From an uncultured Gammaproteobacteria bacterium (lineage in GTDB: Bacteria > Pseudomonadota > Gammaproteobacteria > GCA-002705445 > GCA-002716945), in NCBI GenBank assembly GCA_902559355.1, contig CACEHM010000001.1, positions 145,829-209,828 on the forward strand: a DNA stretch of 64,000 nucleotides. Reading direction: 5' to 3'. The notes under the pieces were generated by a model. That model was not told the DNA's origin, searched no databases, and saw only the letters and a list, made by a program, of their open reading frames with translations. Each line of letters begins with the position of its first letter. Position 1 is the first letter of the stretch. The translations under genes were made by a program, and so were the position numbers. This document shows, one piece after another, positions 12,771 through 21,938 of this stretch.

Positions 12771-13775
12771 ATGGATGATTTAAAAATTTCTAAGCTGAGT
12801 TATATTGGTGCCTTATTTACGCTTTTTGTAATTTCCTTAGGTGCGTGGGTAAGACTTACTGATGCTGGATTAGGTTGCCCTGATTGGCCAGGTTGTTATG
12901 GGTTACTTACAACACCTGATACCGCTGATGAACTTGCCAAGGCAAAAGAGTTTTATCCGAATGCAGATATAGATGTAGGAAAAGCATGGAGAGAAATGTT
13001 ACATAGGTACATGGCCGGTCTACTTGGTTTATATGTATTCTTCATTACTTATATTTCTATAAAATATTCAAACAAGAATTACACACTTCCGATTTTAATA
13101 TCTATACTAATCATTATTCAGGCTATAATGGGAATGTTGACAGTTACAATGCTAGTTAAACCCACAATTGTAACAACACACTTATTTTTTGGAATGCTCA
13201 CAGCCACCTTGTTATTTATAAATGGCCTCAAATACTCAAATATGAATATATCTTCTCAAAGGATTCCAACTTTTACTGTAGCTATAATTTCAGTAACTTG
13301 GATATTTTTAATTTTACAAATCTTACTTGGTGGATGGACGAGCACCAATTATGCTTCTTTAGCATGTACAGATTTTCCAAAATGTCTCGATCAGTGGTAT
13401 CCAAAAGAAATGATATTTGGGGATGCATTTAAGCTCGTTGACCTCCCAGATGTAAATTATGAGGGAGGAATCTTGGCTTATGGCGCAAAGGTCGCTATTC
13501 ATTACTCACATAGAGTCACAGCTTTAATACTAACATTTGTTTTTGTTTCTGCACTATATGTTGTATATAAATTAAATGATCACAGTGTTTTAAAAAAACT
13601 AATGAGCGTAAGTATAATATTCTTTTTACTGCAAATTATTCTTGGCATTTCAAACGTAGTTTATAGTTTACCACTCAATATTGCAGTCTGGCATACTATG
13701 AATGCCGCAATATTGATGGCGCTAATATCAAGCGCACTTTACTATTGTCTGGTATCATTCTACAAGACAAGATAA
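12771..13775 (+). CDS. ctaA: heme A synthase (COX15/CtaA)
   Basis: 334 aa, 8 TM, with N-terminal LGAWVRLTDAGLGCPDWPGCYG (the conserved Cys pair of CtaA) and paired His residues in the TM helices. Confidence 0.9.
   Translation: MDDLKISKLSYIGALFTLFVISLGAWVRLTDAGLGCPDWPGCYGLLTTPDTADELAKAKEFYPNADIDVGKAWREMLHRYMAGLLGLYVFFITYISIKYSNKNYTLPILISILIIIQAIMGMLTVTMLVKPTIVTTHLFFGMLTATLLFINGLKYSNMNISSQRIPTFTVAIISVTWIFLILQILLGGWTSTNYASLACTDFPKCLDQWYPKEMIFGDAFKLVDLPDVNYEGGILAYGAKVAIHYSHRVTALILTFVFVSALYVVYKLNDHSVLKKLMSVSIIFFLLQIILGISNVVYSLPLNIAVWHTMNAAILMALISSALYYCLVSFYKTR
13736..13775 (+). repeat. direct repeat copy 1 (authentic 3' end of ctaA, ...CLVSFYKTR*)
   Basis: ~40 bp. 13747-13775 (gtctggtatcattctacaagacaagataa) matches 14226-14254 at 26/29 positions. 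The match extends ~11 bp further upstream with 2-3 more mismatches. Confidence 0.85.
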
Positions 13776-13823
13776 TGTGGAAGTAATGAACAATGTATAC
13801 CTGAACCAACAAGGGAATAAAAT

Positions 13824-14009
13824 ATGAGTGAACAAGGACCAAATGGGAGGCCAAAACCTGACTTATTAAAATCTGCATTAGAAATAGTTTTTGTTACGAT
13901 TTTTATCCCCGCACTTGTTGTCGGCATAATCATATTTTCAGTAGAGGATTTTGCACTATTTAACGCCATGGAACCTCTTATATTGGAGTGGTGGAGAGAA
14001 TTGTTTTAA
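13824..14009 (+). CDS. small single-TM hydrophobic protein (61 aa) inside the ctaA-ctaB insertion
   Basis: MSEQGPNGRPKPDLLKSALEIVFVTIFIPALVVGIIIFSVEDFALFNAMEPLILEWWRELF. A good SD (aagggaataaaat) precedes the ATG. One TM helix. A second 45-aa hydrophobic ORF follows at 14019-14156 (MNRIYNIIIDKLVMSVSIVVLIIYLSFYFLTLWWIFSKIIKMSIS). Confidence 0.4.
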   Translation: MSEQGPNGRPKPDLLKSALEIVFVTIFIPALVVGIIIFSVEDFALFNAMEPLILEWWRELF

Positions 14010-14214
14010 TGAATAGAATTTACAACATCATCATAGATAAACTTGTAATGTCTGTATCAATCGTTGTACTTATTATTTACCTTTCGTTTTATTTTCTCAC
14101 ATTATGGTGGATTTTTTCAAAGATTATAAAAATGAGTATATCTTAATGTATAACTAGTTAAGGTGATTAATATAACCACCCTAACAAGCCTTTTTGCTTT
14201 ATAGAGCCATATGA

Positions 14215-14254
14215 TTTTTACTAAAGTCTGGTATCATTCTACAAAACAATATAA
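14215..14254 (+). repeat. direct repeat copy 2 (relic ctaA 3' end, encodes ...SLVSFYKTI* and is fused directly to the ctaB ATG)
   Basis: See copy 1. The relic stop TAA (14252-14254) abuts the ctaB start at 14255. Confidence 0.85.
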
Positions 14255-15145
14255 ATGAGCACTAAAACTAGAAATACGAATTCGATTTTATTTGATTTAA
14301 TTGCACTTACCAAACCTCGTGTAAATTTCTTGATTATATTTACAGCTATTGTAGGCATGCTACTTGCGCAAGACTATAACTTAGATTATCACTTAATGTT
14401 CTATGCTAGCATTGGAATTTATTTAGCTGCATCTGCAGCTGCAGTTATAAATCATATAGTTGATCAAAAGATAGATGCAATTATGGATAGAACTAAAAGT
14501 AGGCCTTTGATTAAGGGGAATGTGACCACGAATCATGCGATTTACTTTTCTTTATTTATCTCTGCACTCTCTACATATATTTTATTTGAATATGTAAATA
14601 CAATCACGACCATACTTACACTTTTTTCTATTATTGTTTATTCAATTATTTATTCTGTTTATCTTAAAAACTTAACTTCTCAAAATATTGTTATTGGGGG
14701 TATCGCTGGAGCTATGCCACCATTACTAGGTTGGACAGCTGTTACTAATGGAGTGAGTGAATTACCATTATTACTATTTTTAATTATTTTTCTTTGGACA
14801 CCTCCTCATTTTTGGGCTTTAGCAGTGTATAAACAAGAAGATTACAGTAAAGCAAATGTACCGATGTTACCGGTAACACATGGCGCTGACTTCACGCGCC
14901 TTCATATTTTCTTATACTCAATATTGTTGTTTTGTATTACATTGTTTCCCTATCTTCTTAATCTTGTTTCTTATATATATTTGATATCTGTACTTATATT
15001 AGGTGGTAAGTTCATTTATGACTCGTATGATTTATATTTAACTAAGAACGAGAGGAAAGCTTTTGAGCTTTTTAAATATTCAATTTCTTATTTAGCTTTA
15101 CTATTTGCTGCATTGTTAGCAGATCACTATATTTTAATGCTTTAG
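14255..15145 (+). CDS. ctaB: protoheme IX farnesyltransferase (heme O synthase)
   Basis: 296 aa, ~8 TM, UbiA-family. Motifs DQKIDAIMDRTKSRPL and WTPPHFWAL are characteristic of CyoE/CtaB. Confidence 0.92.
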   Translation: MSTKTRNTNSILFDLIALTKPRVNFLIIFTAIVGMLLAQDYNLDYHLMFYASIGIYLAASAAAVINHIVDQKIDAIMDRTKSRPLIKGNVTTNHAIYFSLFISALSTYILFEYVNTITTILTLFSIIVYSIIYSVYLKNLTSQNIVIGGIAGAMPPLLGWTAVTNGVSELPLLLFLIIFLWTPPHFWALAVYKQEDYSKANVPMLPVTHGADFTRLHIFLYSILLFCITLFPYLLNLVSYIYLISVLILGGKFIYDSYDLYLTKNERKAFELFKYSISYLALLFAALLADHYILML

Positions 15146-15146
15146 A

Positions 15147-16007
15147 TTAAGCTAGTAGTATTGTTTCTTTCAAAGTGTTGAGGGACTTTTCCTCAATTTG
15201 CCTAATTCTTTCTTTAGAAACACAATATTTTTTTGATAATTCATCAAGAGTAGGTTTTTTCTCTGATAGAAATCTTTGTAAAATAATGTCCCTACTTCTT
15301 TCGTCGAGTTTATTTAGTGCAAGATTGAGTTTCTTTGAGCTATCATCATTAGAATCTTGTCTTTCAAGAACTGATAACGGGTTTGTGTTTTGTGTTAAAT
15401 AACCAGCTGGCGCATTCTCATCTTCTTCAATAGGATCAAATGCTACATCTGTACCACTAAGACGGCTTTCCATTAATTTTACAGTCTTGCTATCAACGTT
15501 TAATTCAGAAGCAATATCGTTAGCTTCTTGTTCAGACAACCAATTCGATGATGTTTTTTTGCTTCTTAATTTGAAGAAGAGCTTTCTCTGAGCTTTGGTA
15601 GTAGCAACTTTAACTATTCTCCAGTTTTTTAAAACAAATTCATGTATTTCAGCTCTAATCCAATAAATTGCAAATGATAGTAGTCTAACTTTTTTACTTG
15701 GATCAAATTTCTTGACAGCTTTCATTAAACCTACATTCCCTTCTTGGATAATATCTAAAAGAGGTAAGCCATAGCCTTTATATGATTTAGCTATATGCAC
15801 TACAAATCTTAGATGAGACATAACTAATTTACGAGCTGCATCTACATCTTCTGAATTCTGCAATCTGTGAAATAACTCTTCTTCTTGTTCTTTAGATAGC
15901 AGAGGCGTCTCTCTTAATTGTGCTAAATAGTAATTTAGCGCGTCCGATGACTCTAGATCTATCGCGACTTCTTTAGCAACTGCTTTTGATGTAAGGTTTT
16001 TATTCAT
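15147..16007 (-). CDS. rpoH: RNA polymerase sigma-32 factor
   Basis: 286 aa with sigma-70 region 2 (LPLLDIIQEGNVGLMKAVKKFDP), the RpoH box QRKLFFKLRS and a region 4 HTH. Confidence 0.92.
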   Translation of the reverse strand: MNKNLTSKAVAKEVAIDLESSDALNYYLAQLRETPLLSKEQEEELFHRLQNSEDVDAARKLVMSHLRFVVHIAKSYKGYGLPLLDIIQEGNVGLMKAVKKFDPSKKVRLLSFAIYWIRAEIHEFVLKNWRIVKVATTKAQRKLFFKLRSKKTSSNWLSEQEANDIASELNVDSKTVKLMESRLSGTDVAFDPIEEDENAPAGYLTQNTNPLSVLERQDSNDDSSKKLNLALNKLDERSRDIILQRFLSEKKPTLDELSKKYCVSKERIRQIEEKSLNTLKETILLA

Positions 16008-16128
16008 AATTCTCAGCTTTAATTATAGTTATTGAATACCTTATTTCAAGTAATTGATATCAAAAAAAGCCTAAATCCGTACATATATAGTGGTCGATAT
16101 AGTACTATTTTTTGGTATTATTGTTCAA

Positions 16129-17459
16129 TGCGAATAATTAGTCACATATTTATAGTTACAACTTTTATTTTGTTTGTTCCAATGGCGTATTCAGAAATTA
16201 AATTTTCTGATCGTGTAGAAACCTATTCATTAGAAAATGGGCTGAAAGTTGTGCTTATTGAAGACACAAGAAGCCCATCTGTTGTCAACAGCATATGGTA
16301 TAAAGTTGGTTCTAGTGATGAGCAAGCCGGAAAAACAGGTATCTCACATATTCTTGAGCACATGATGTTTAAGGGAACTGATAATTTAGAGCCAGGAGAA
16401 TTTTCTTTAATCGTAAAAAAAATGGGTGGTACTGAAAATGCCTTCACGAGCAAAGACTTCACTGGCTATTTCCAGAAAGTCCATATGTCTGATCTTGAAA
16501 AATGCATAGAGCTAGAATCAGACCGTATGCAAAACTTGAGATTACAAGATAAAGAACTTAAGAGTGAAATTGAGGTTGTGAAAGAGGAGAGAAGGCTTCG
16601 CACAGACGATAATCCAATATCCAAGACATTTGAGAAAATTATGTTGAATGCTTATGGGATGAATGAATATGGCATTCCAATAATTGGAACAATGGAGGAC
16701 ATTAACAGCATTACTAAAGAAGATTTACAAAATTGGTATGATTTATACTATCAACCTGATAATGCGATTGTAATAATTGCTGGTAATTTTAATAGCGATG
16801 AAGTTAAAAGATATCTACAAAGATACTATGGTTCAATTAAAAATATAGAAAAAGATAAATATAAAACTGGAAAAAATGATTTTCAACCTAAACCCTCATT
16901 TACTGTTTATGACAAGGTATCTAAACCAATACTCTTTCTATCATTTATAAAACCAAAATTTAATAAAGATAAAATGAAAGAGCTTTATGCACTAGATCTT
17001 TTTATTGAAATTATGGATGGAGGATATTCATCGCGACTAACAAAAAAATTAATAAATGATCAAAAAGTTGCATTAGATATTTTTATTTCTAATGATACTT
17101 TTAATCAACACCCTAACCTCATTATCATAGGCGGAACACCAAGAGGCGACATCTCACCTGATGATTTTAAAGCTAGTGTGCTTAATGAACTCTCACAACA
17201 GTCTATTAATAAAATTACCATTAATGAATTGAATAATGCTAAAGCGAGAATTAAGGCCAATAGCGTATATAAATTTGACTCTGTTTTTTATCAAGCTATG
17301 CAAGTTGGTATGCTGGAGACCAAAGGAATTAGTTGGGAGAATCTAGATAATTATAGTTCTATAGTTGAATCAATTACGCTAGATGAGGTTCTAAAGGCTG
17401 GAGAAATATATTTTTCGAATGACCGTTTACTTACTACTGTTCTTAGGCCAAAAAAATGA
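16129..17459 (+). CDS. M16 family zinc metallopeptidase (pitrilysin-like), active subunit
   Basis: Zinc-binding inverted motif HILEHMMFKGT (HxxEH) with a downstream E. Signal peptide MRIISHIFIVTTFILFVPMAYS. The ORF track starts at 16032 but the signal peptide suggests 16129. Confidence 0.8.
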
Positions 17460-18733
17460 AACAGATTATATTGTTCATAACACTATTTTCGTCGACAATA
17501 TTATTTGCTAATCCTAAAATTAGCTCAGTAGCTAGTAACAATAATTATCTTTTTGTTCAATTGGAAACACTTCCTATTATTGATATAAATATTACTTTTA
17601 ATAGTGGCAGCTTTAATGATGGCGAATTAAAAGGACTAACTAATTTGATGCTTAATACTATTATGTCTTCAAATGTAGATAATAAAAAAATTATAAGTTA
17701 TTTCGAAAATGTCGGCGCTAAACTTTCTTACAGTACTGGAAAAGAATCATTATCGATAACTATAAGAACATTAAATGATATTGATCAAGCTTTAGTTCTT
17801 ACAAATATAATCAATAATGCACTACGTCTGGAAAAACTCGATAGTAATGTTCTAAAATTAGAAAAAGATAGAATATTAAGAAATATAGAAGATTCTAAGA
17901 AGCGACCAGCTGCATTATTGACTAGTTCAATATCTGCCAAACTTTTCTTAAATTCAGGACTAGCTCATCAAGTAATTGGAGAAAAGGAATCGGTTAATAA
18001 AATTACAGATATACAAATTATTAGCCATGCGAATAAAGTTTTTAATTTAGAAGATATTGAGATTAATATAGTTGGGGATATCACGGAAAGCAATTCCAAG
18101 AAATTAATCAGTTCAATAACAAACAAACTTTCAACTAATAGAACCCTCAAAGTGAGTGAATACAAGATGCAGTCCTCTGATTATCATACTGAATTTGATT
18201 CAACACAATCTCATTTAGCTATTATAATTCCTGCCATAAAAAGAGAAGATCCTGATTATCATAATTTACTGGTTGCAAATTATATTTTTGGAGGAAGTGG
18301 ATTTGGATCTTGGTTAATGGAAGAAATCAGACAAAAAAGAGGCTTATCATACTCTGTCTACAGTTATCTTGCATCTACTAGAGAAGAAGGCTATTTGAAA
18401 ATATCTTTACAAACTAAAAACGAAAATCTCTCTTTAGCAAAAGAGATTATTGCTGCACAAATAACTAGGCTTAAAAAATTTGATGTATCAGAGAAAGAGG
18501 TTGAAACTATCAAAAAATCTATATTGAGAAGTTTTGAAATGAAAACTGATACTAATAAAAAAATATTAAATTTAGTATCTGCTATTAATAATTTAAATCT
18601 TGATTGCAATTACTTCGAAAACTATAAAGCCAAACTAAATCAAGTTTCAAAAAGTACTATTCAAAATGCTTTAATTAATTCAATAGATTTTAATAATATC
18701 TCGACTATATCTGTTGGCAAAACTATTGAATAA
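17456..18733 (+). CDS. M16 family peptidase-like protein lacking HxxEH (probable non-catalytic partner subunit)
   Basis: 425 aa with a signal peptide. M16 domain architecture similar to the upstream gene but no HxxEH motif. 4-bp overlap with the upstream gene. Confidence 0.65.
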   Translation: MKQIILFITLFSSTILFANPKISSVASNNNYLFVQLETLPIIDINITFNSGSFNDGELKGLTNLMLNTIMSSNVDNKKIISYFENVGAKLSYSTGKESLSITIRTLNDIDQALVLTNIINNALRLEKLDSNVLKLEKDRILRNIEDSKKRPAALLTSSISAKLFLNSGLAHQVIGEKESVNKITDIQIISHANKVFNLEDIEINIVGDITESNSKKLISSITNKLSTNRTLKVSEYKMQSSDYHTEFDSTQSHLAIIIPAIKREDPDYHNLLVANYIFGGSGFGSWLMEEIRQKRGLSYSVYSYLASTREEGYLKISLQTKNENLSLAKEIIAAQITRLKKFDVSEKEVETIKKSILRSFEMKTDTNKKILNLVSAINNLNLDCNYFENYKAKLNQVSKSTIQNALINSIDFNNISTISVGKTIE

Positions 18734-19292
18734 TAAATTAAAGATAATATCTGGAAAATATAAATCCCGCATTATAACTATACCTAATAAAAGCAACCTT
18801 AGACCAACAAAAGCATTCATCAGGGAGAGTTTATTCAATATAGTTAATTTAAATATATGTAACAACTCTCTGGATTTGTTCTCAGGAAGCGGAATCTTAT
18901 CCATTGAAGCTTTGTCTCGAGGTGTCGATAAAGCAATCTTGGTTGAGCAGGATTCAGACTTAGTAAAATGTATTAAACAAAACTTAATTCTACTTGATGA
19001 GAATAACGCTACAGTTTTTAACAAAAAGGTAAGTAAGTTTCTGAAAGATAACGATTCTAATGCATTCGATGTTATTTTTTTAGATCCTCCATATGGTACA
19101 AATTTATTAGATGAAACATTAAATTTTCTTAAAGATTATGAGTATTTAAATCATAATAAGTACATATATTTTGAGACATCTAAACAAGACAAAAATAACT
19201 ATTTAAAATATCTCACCAATACTCATGATGTGCTGAAAAATTTGAGTATTGGAGATGTAAGTTATACAATCGCGATTAATAAGAAGTTATGA
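18714..19292 (+). CDS. rsmD: 16S rRNA (guanine966-N2)-methyltransferase
   Basis: 192 aa with LRPTKAFIRESLFN and DLFSGSG...FLDPPYG motifs of RsmD. Confidence 0.85.
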   Translation: MAKLLNNKLKIISGKYKSRIITIPNKSNLRPTKAFIRESLFNIVNLNICNNSLDLFSGSGILSIEALSRGVDKAILVEQDSDLVKCIKQNLILLDENNATVFNKKVSKFLKDNDSNAFDVIFLDPPYGTNLLDETLNFLKDYEYLNHNKYIYFETSKQDKNNYLKYLTNTHDVLKNLSIGDVSYTIAINKKL

Positions 19293-19768
19293 ACATAAAA
19301 GCTATATATCCAGGGACTTTTGATCCAATTACATTTGGACACGAGGACCTTGTCAAAAGAGCATCAAATATCTTTGAATCAGTAATTGTAGCCGTTGCCT
19401 ACAAGACTCAGAAAAGTACACTTTTCAGCTTTGAAGACAGATTCGATATGTGCCAAGAAGTTTTAAAGAAATACACAAATGTTAAAGTTATAAAGCTTGA
19501 TAAATTGACAGTCGATCATGCAAATGAATTGGGCGCTAAAGTAATGTTAAGAGGACTCAGAGCTGTGTCAGATTTTGAATACGAAGTTCAACTATCTAAT
19601 CTCAATAGAGCTATGAACCCAAAGATTGAGAGTATATTTTTAAGTCCAGATGAAAAATATAGCTTCATTTCATCATCGATTATAAAAGATATAGCTAATC
19701 ATGGTGGTGACTTGAAAAAATTTGTAGATGAATATGTTGAAAAAAAACTTATCGAGAAAACTTTTTAA
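19289..19768 (+). CDS. coaD: phosphopantetheine adenylyltransferase
   Basis: 159 aa, AIYPGTFDPITFGHEDLVKRA (the T/HxGH nucleotidyltransferase motif of CoaD). rsmD-coaD adjacency is conserved. Confidence 0.93.
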   Translation: MNIKAIYPGTFDPITFGHEDLVKRASNIFESVIVAVAYKTQKSTLFSFEDRFDMCQEVLKKYTNVKVIKLDKLTVDHANELGAKVMLRGLRAVSDFEYEVQLSNLNRAMNPKIESIFLSPDEKYSFISSSIIKDIANHGGDLKKFVDEYVEKKLIEKTF

Positions 19769-19769
19769 A

Positions 19770-21026
19770 TTATCTCTTCATTGATTCAAAGAATTCAGAG
19801 TTAGTCTTTGTAGATTTAAGCTTATTTAACATAAATTCCATAGCATCCAATTCATCCATAGAATGGAGAACTTTTCTAAGAATCCAAATTTTTTGAAGTT
19901 CGTCTGGTTCCATTAATAACTCCTCCCTTCTGGTACCTGAACGGTTAATATTGATAGCTGGATATATTCTTTTTTCAGCGATTCTTCGATCCAAATGAAC
20001 TTCCATATTACCAGTGCCTTTGAATTCCTCATAAATCACTTCGTCCATTTTTGAACCAGTATCTATAAGCGCTGTTGCAAGGATAGTTAAGCTTCCGCCT
20101 TCTTCAATATTCCTAGCTGCACCATAAAACTTTTTTGGTTTCGTAAGAGCATTGGCATCTACGCCACCAGTTAATACTTTACCCGAAGATGGAGCAATTG
20201 TGTTATATGCTCTTGCTAAACGAGTAATAGAGTCGAGAAGGATAATCACATCTTTTTTATGCTCAACAAGTCTTTTTGCTTTTTCAATAACCATTTCCGC
20301 AACCTGAACATGTCTATTCGCAGGTTCGTCAAATGTACTTGCAACTACCTCGCCTTTCACCATTCGTGACATTTCTGTGACTTCTTCTGGTCTCTCATCA
20401 ATTAATAAAACTATCAAATGTGAATCAGGATTGCTTGCAGAAAGGCTCTGTGCAATATTTTGCAACATAATTGTTTTTCCAGCTTTTGGTGGAGAGATAA
20501 CCAACCCTCTCTGACCTTTACCTATTGGCGATGCTATGTCTATTAACCTTGCAGACATATCTTCTGAACTACCATTACCTTGCTCTAGTCTCAACCTATC
20601 ATTAGCATGCAATGGCGTTAAATTCTCAAACAGGATTTTATTTTTTGTACTCGATGACGTGTCTGAATTAATTGTATCTATTTTTAATAGCGCAAAGTAT
20701 CTCTCACTCTCTTTAGGAGGTCTGATTTTACCCTGAATCGTATCACCTGTTCTCAATGAAAACTTTCTTATCTGACTAGGTGATACATATATATCATCTG
20801 GTCCTGCTAGATATGAACTGTCAGCAGATCTAAGGAACCCAAAACCATCTTGTAGTATTTCTAAGACTCCTCCGCCTGAAATATCTTCACCACTTGATGA
20901 GTGACTTTTGAGAATAGTAAAAATAACATCTTGTTTTCTGAGTCTGCCAACATTGTCAGCACCCATTTCTTCGGCAATTTTAACTAACTCTTGTACTGGT
21001 TTTTGTTTTAGTTCGGTTAGATTCAT
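19770..21026 (-). CDS. rho: transcription termination factor Rho
   Basis: 418 aa with N-terminal RNA-binding domain and Walker [13 protein letters not shown]. trxA-rho order as in E. coli. Confidence 0.97.
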   Translation of the reverse strand: MNLTELKQKPVQELVKIAEEMGADNVGRLRKQDVIFTILKSHSSSGEDISGGGVLEILQDGFGFLRSADSSYLAGPDDIYVSPSQIRKFSLRTGDTIQGKIRPPKESERYFALLKIDTINSDTSSSTKNKILFENLTPLHANDRLRLEQGNGSSEDMSARLIDIASPIGKGQRGLVISPPKAGKTIMLQNIAQSLSASNPDSHLIVLLIDERPEEVTEMSRMVKGEVVASTFDEPANRHVQVAEMVIEKAKRLVEHKKDVIILLDSITRLARAYNTIAPSSGKVLTGGVDANALTKPKKFYGAARNIEEGGSLTILATALIDTGSKMDEVIYEEFKGTGNMEVHLDRRIAEKRIYPAININRSGTRREELLMEPDELQKIWILRKVLHSMDELDAMEFMLNKLKSTKTNSEFFESMKR

Positions 21027-21028
21027 AA

Positions 21029-21352
21029 TTATAAATTCTTATCTAGGAAACTTGCCAGCTCGCTTTTTGATAATACGCCAACGCTTGTATCAATCTTTTC
21101 TCCATTTTTGAATAGTAATAGAGTAGGTATTCCTCTTATTCCAAATTTTTGTGTATTAGATGGATTATTATCTATATTGAGCTTTACAAATTTAACTCTG
21201 TCCGAGTAATCTTCCGCAACTTCATCTATTACTGGCCCTAAAACTTTACATGGACCACACCATTCTGCCCAAAAATCTATAAGTACAGGTTTATCTGATT
21301 TTAAGACTTCTGAATCAAAATTATCATCACTAATATCTATTGCATTACTCAT
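21029..21352 (-). CDS. trxA: thioredoxin
   Basis: 107 aa, active site WAEWCGPCK. Confidence 0.95.
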   Translation of the reverse strand: MSNAIDISDDNFDSEVLKSDKPVLIDFWAEWCGPCKVLGPVIDEVAEDYSDRVKFVKLNIDNNPSNTQKFGIRGIPTLLLFKNGEKIDTSVGVLSKSELASFLDKNL

Positions 21353-21494
21353 ATAACGTCTCCACTGAAATATAACTGATTATTGAATTTTTACGGTTTG
21401 ATTTGTAACTTTGAGTATCATTATGATTGAATAGTTTCGATACTATGTCAAGTTATTCTTTAGATAACATTTAGAATAATTCTGATAACATATC

Positions 21495-21938
21495 TTGAAT
21501 ATGAAAATATCTAATCAAAAATTAGTAAGTATGACTTACTCTATACATGAAGGCACTAATCTTCTTGAAAATGTTGATACACCTGTAAGCTTTATTTATG
21601 GTAAAGAAACAAATTTATTACCCATTGTTGAAAATTCTCTAAAAGGTAAAGAAAAGGGAAATGAATTAACCATTGAAGTAAGTCCTGAATTAGGATTTGG
21701 TGAAGTTGATGAAAACTTAATATTTGTTGACTCTACAGATAATGTTCCAAAAGAGTATTCGAAAATTGGAATGCAAATTGATTTTGAAAATGATAAAGGC
21801 ATGAAAAGAAAGTTTCGTGTAACAAATGTAGATAAAGATAAAATCACTTTCGACGGCAACCACCCTTTCTCGGGCAAGACTTTAGTTTATAAAATTAAAA
21901 TTATAGATGTTGCAAACACAGAAGTTGTAAAAGATTAA
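21495..21938 (+). CDS. FKBP-type peptidyl-prolyl cis-trans isomerase (SlyD/FkpB-like)
   Basis: 147 aa with an FKBP fold pattern (VSMTYSIHEGTNLLEN...FIYGKETNLLPIVENSLKGKEKGNELTIEVSPELGFG) and an insert-in-flap region. Confidence 0.7.
   Translation: MNMKISNQKLVSMTYSIHEGTNLLENVDTPVSFIYGKETNLLPIVENSLKGKEKGNELTIEVSPELGFGEVDENLIFVDSTDNVPKEYSKIGMQIDFENDKGMKRKFRVTNVDKDKITFDGNHPFSGKTLVYKIKIIDVANTEVVKD

Noticed and set aside
13696-13969. Minus-strand ORFs 13696-13878 and 13760-13969 overlapping the ctaA end and the insertion
   Set aside because: Antisense to the better-supported + strand small ORF (which has an SD and a TM helix). No RBS. Overlaps the conserved ctaA C-terminus.
13736-14254. Insertion sequence / MITE explanation for the ctaA-ctaB insertion
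   Set aside because: No transposase, no terminal inverted repeats, and a ~40-bp imperfect flanking duplication is far longer than IS target-site duplications. Kept as a finding but not called a mobile element.
20536-21111. + strand ORFs 20536-20736 and 20908-21111
   Set aside because: Antisense within rho and the rho/trxA junction. Spurious.
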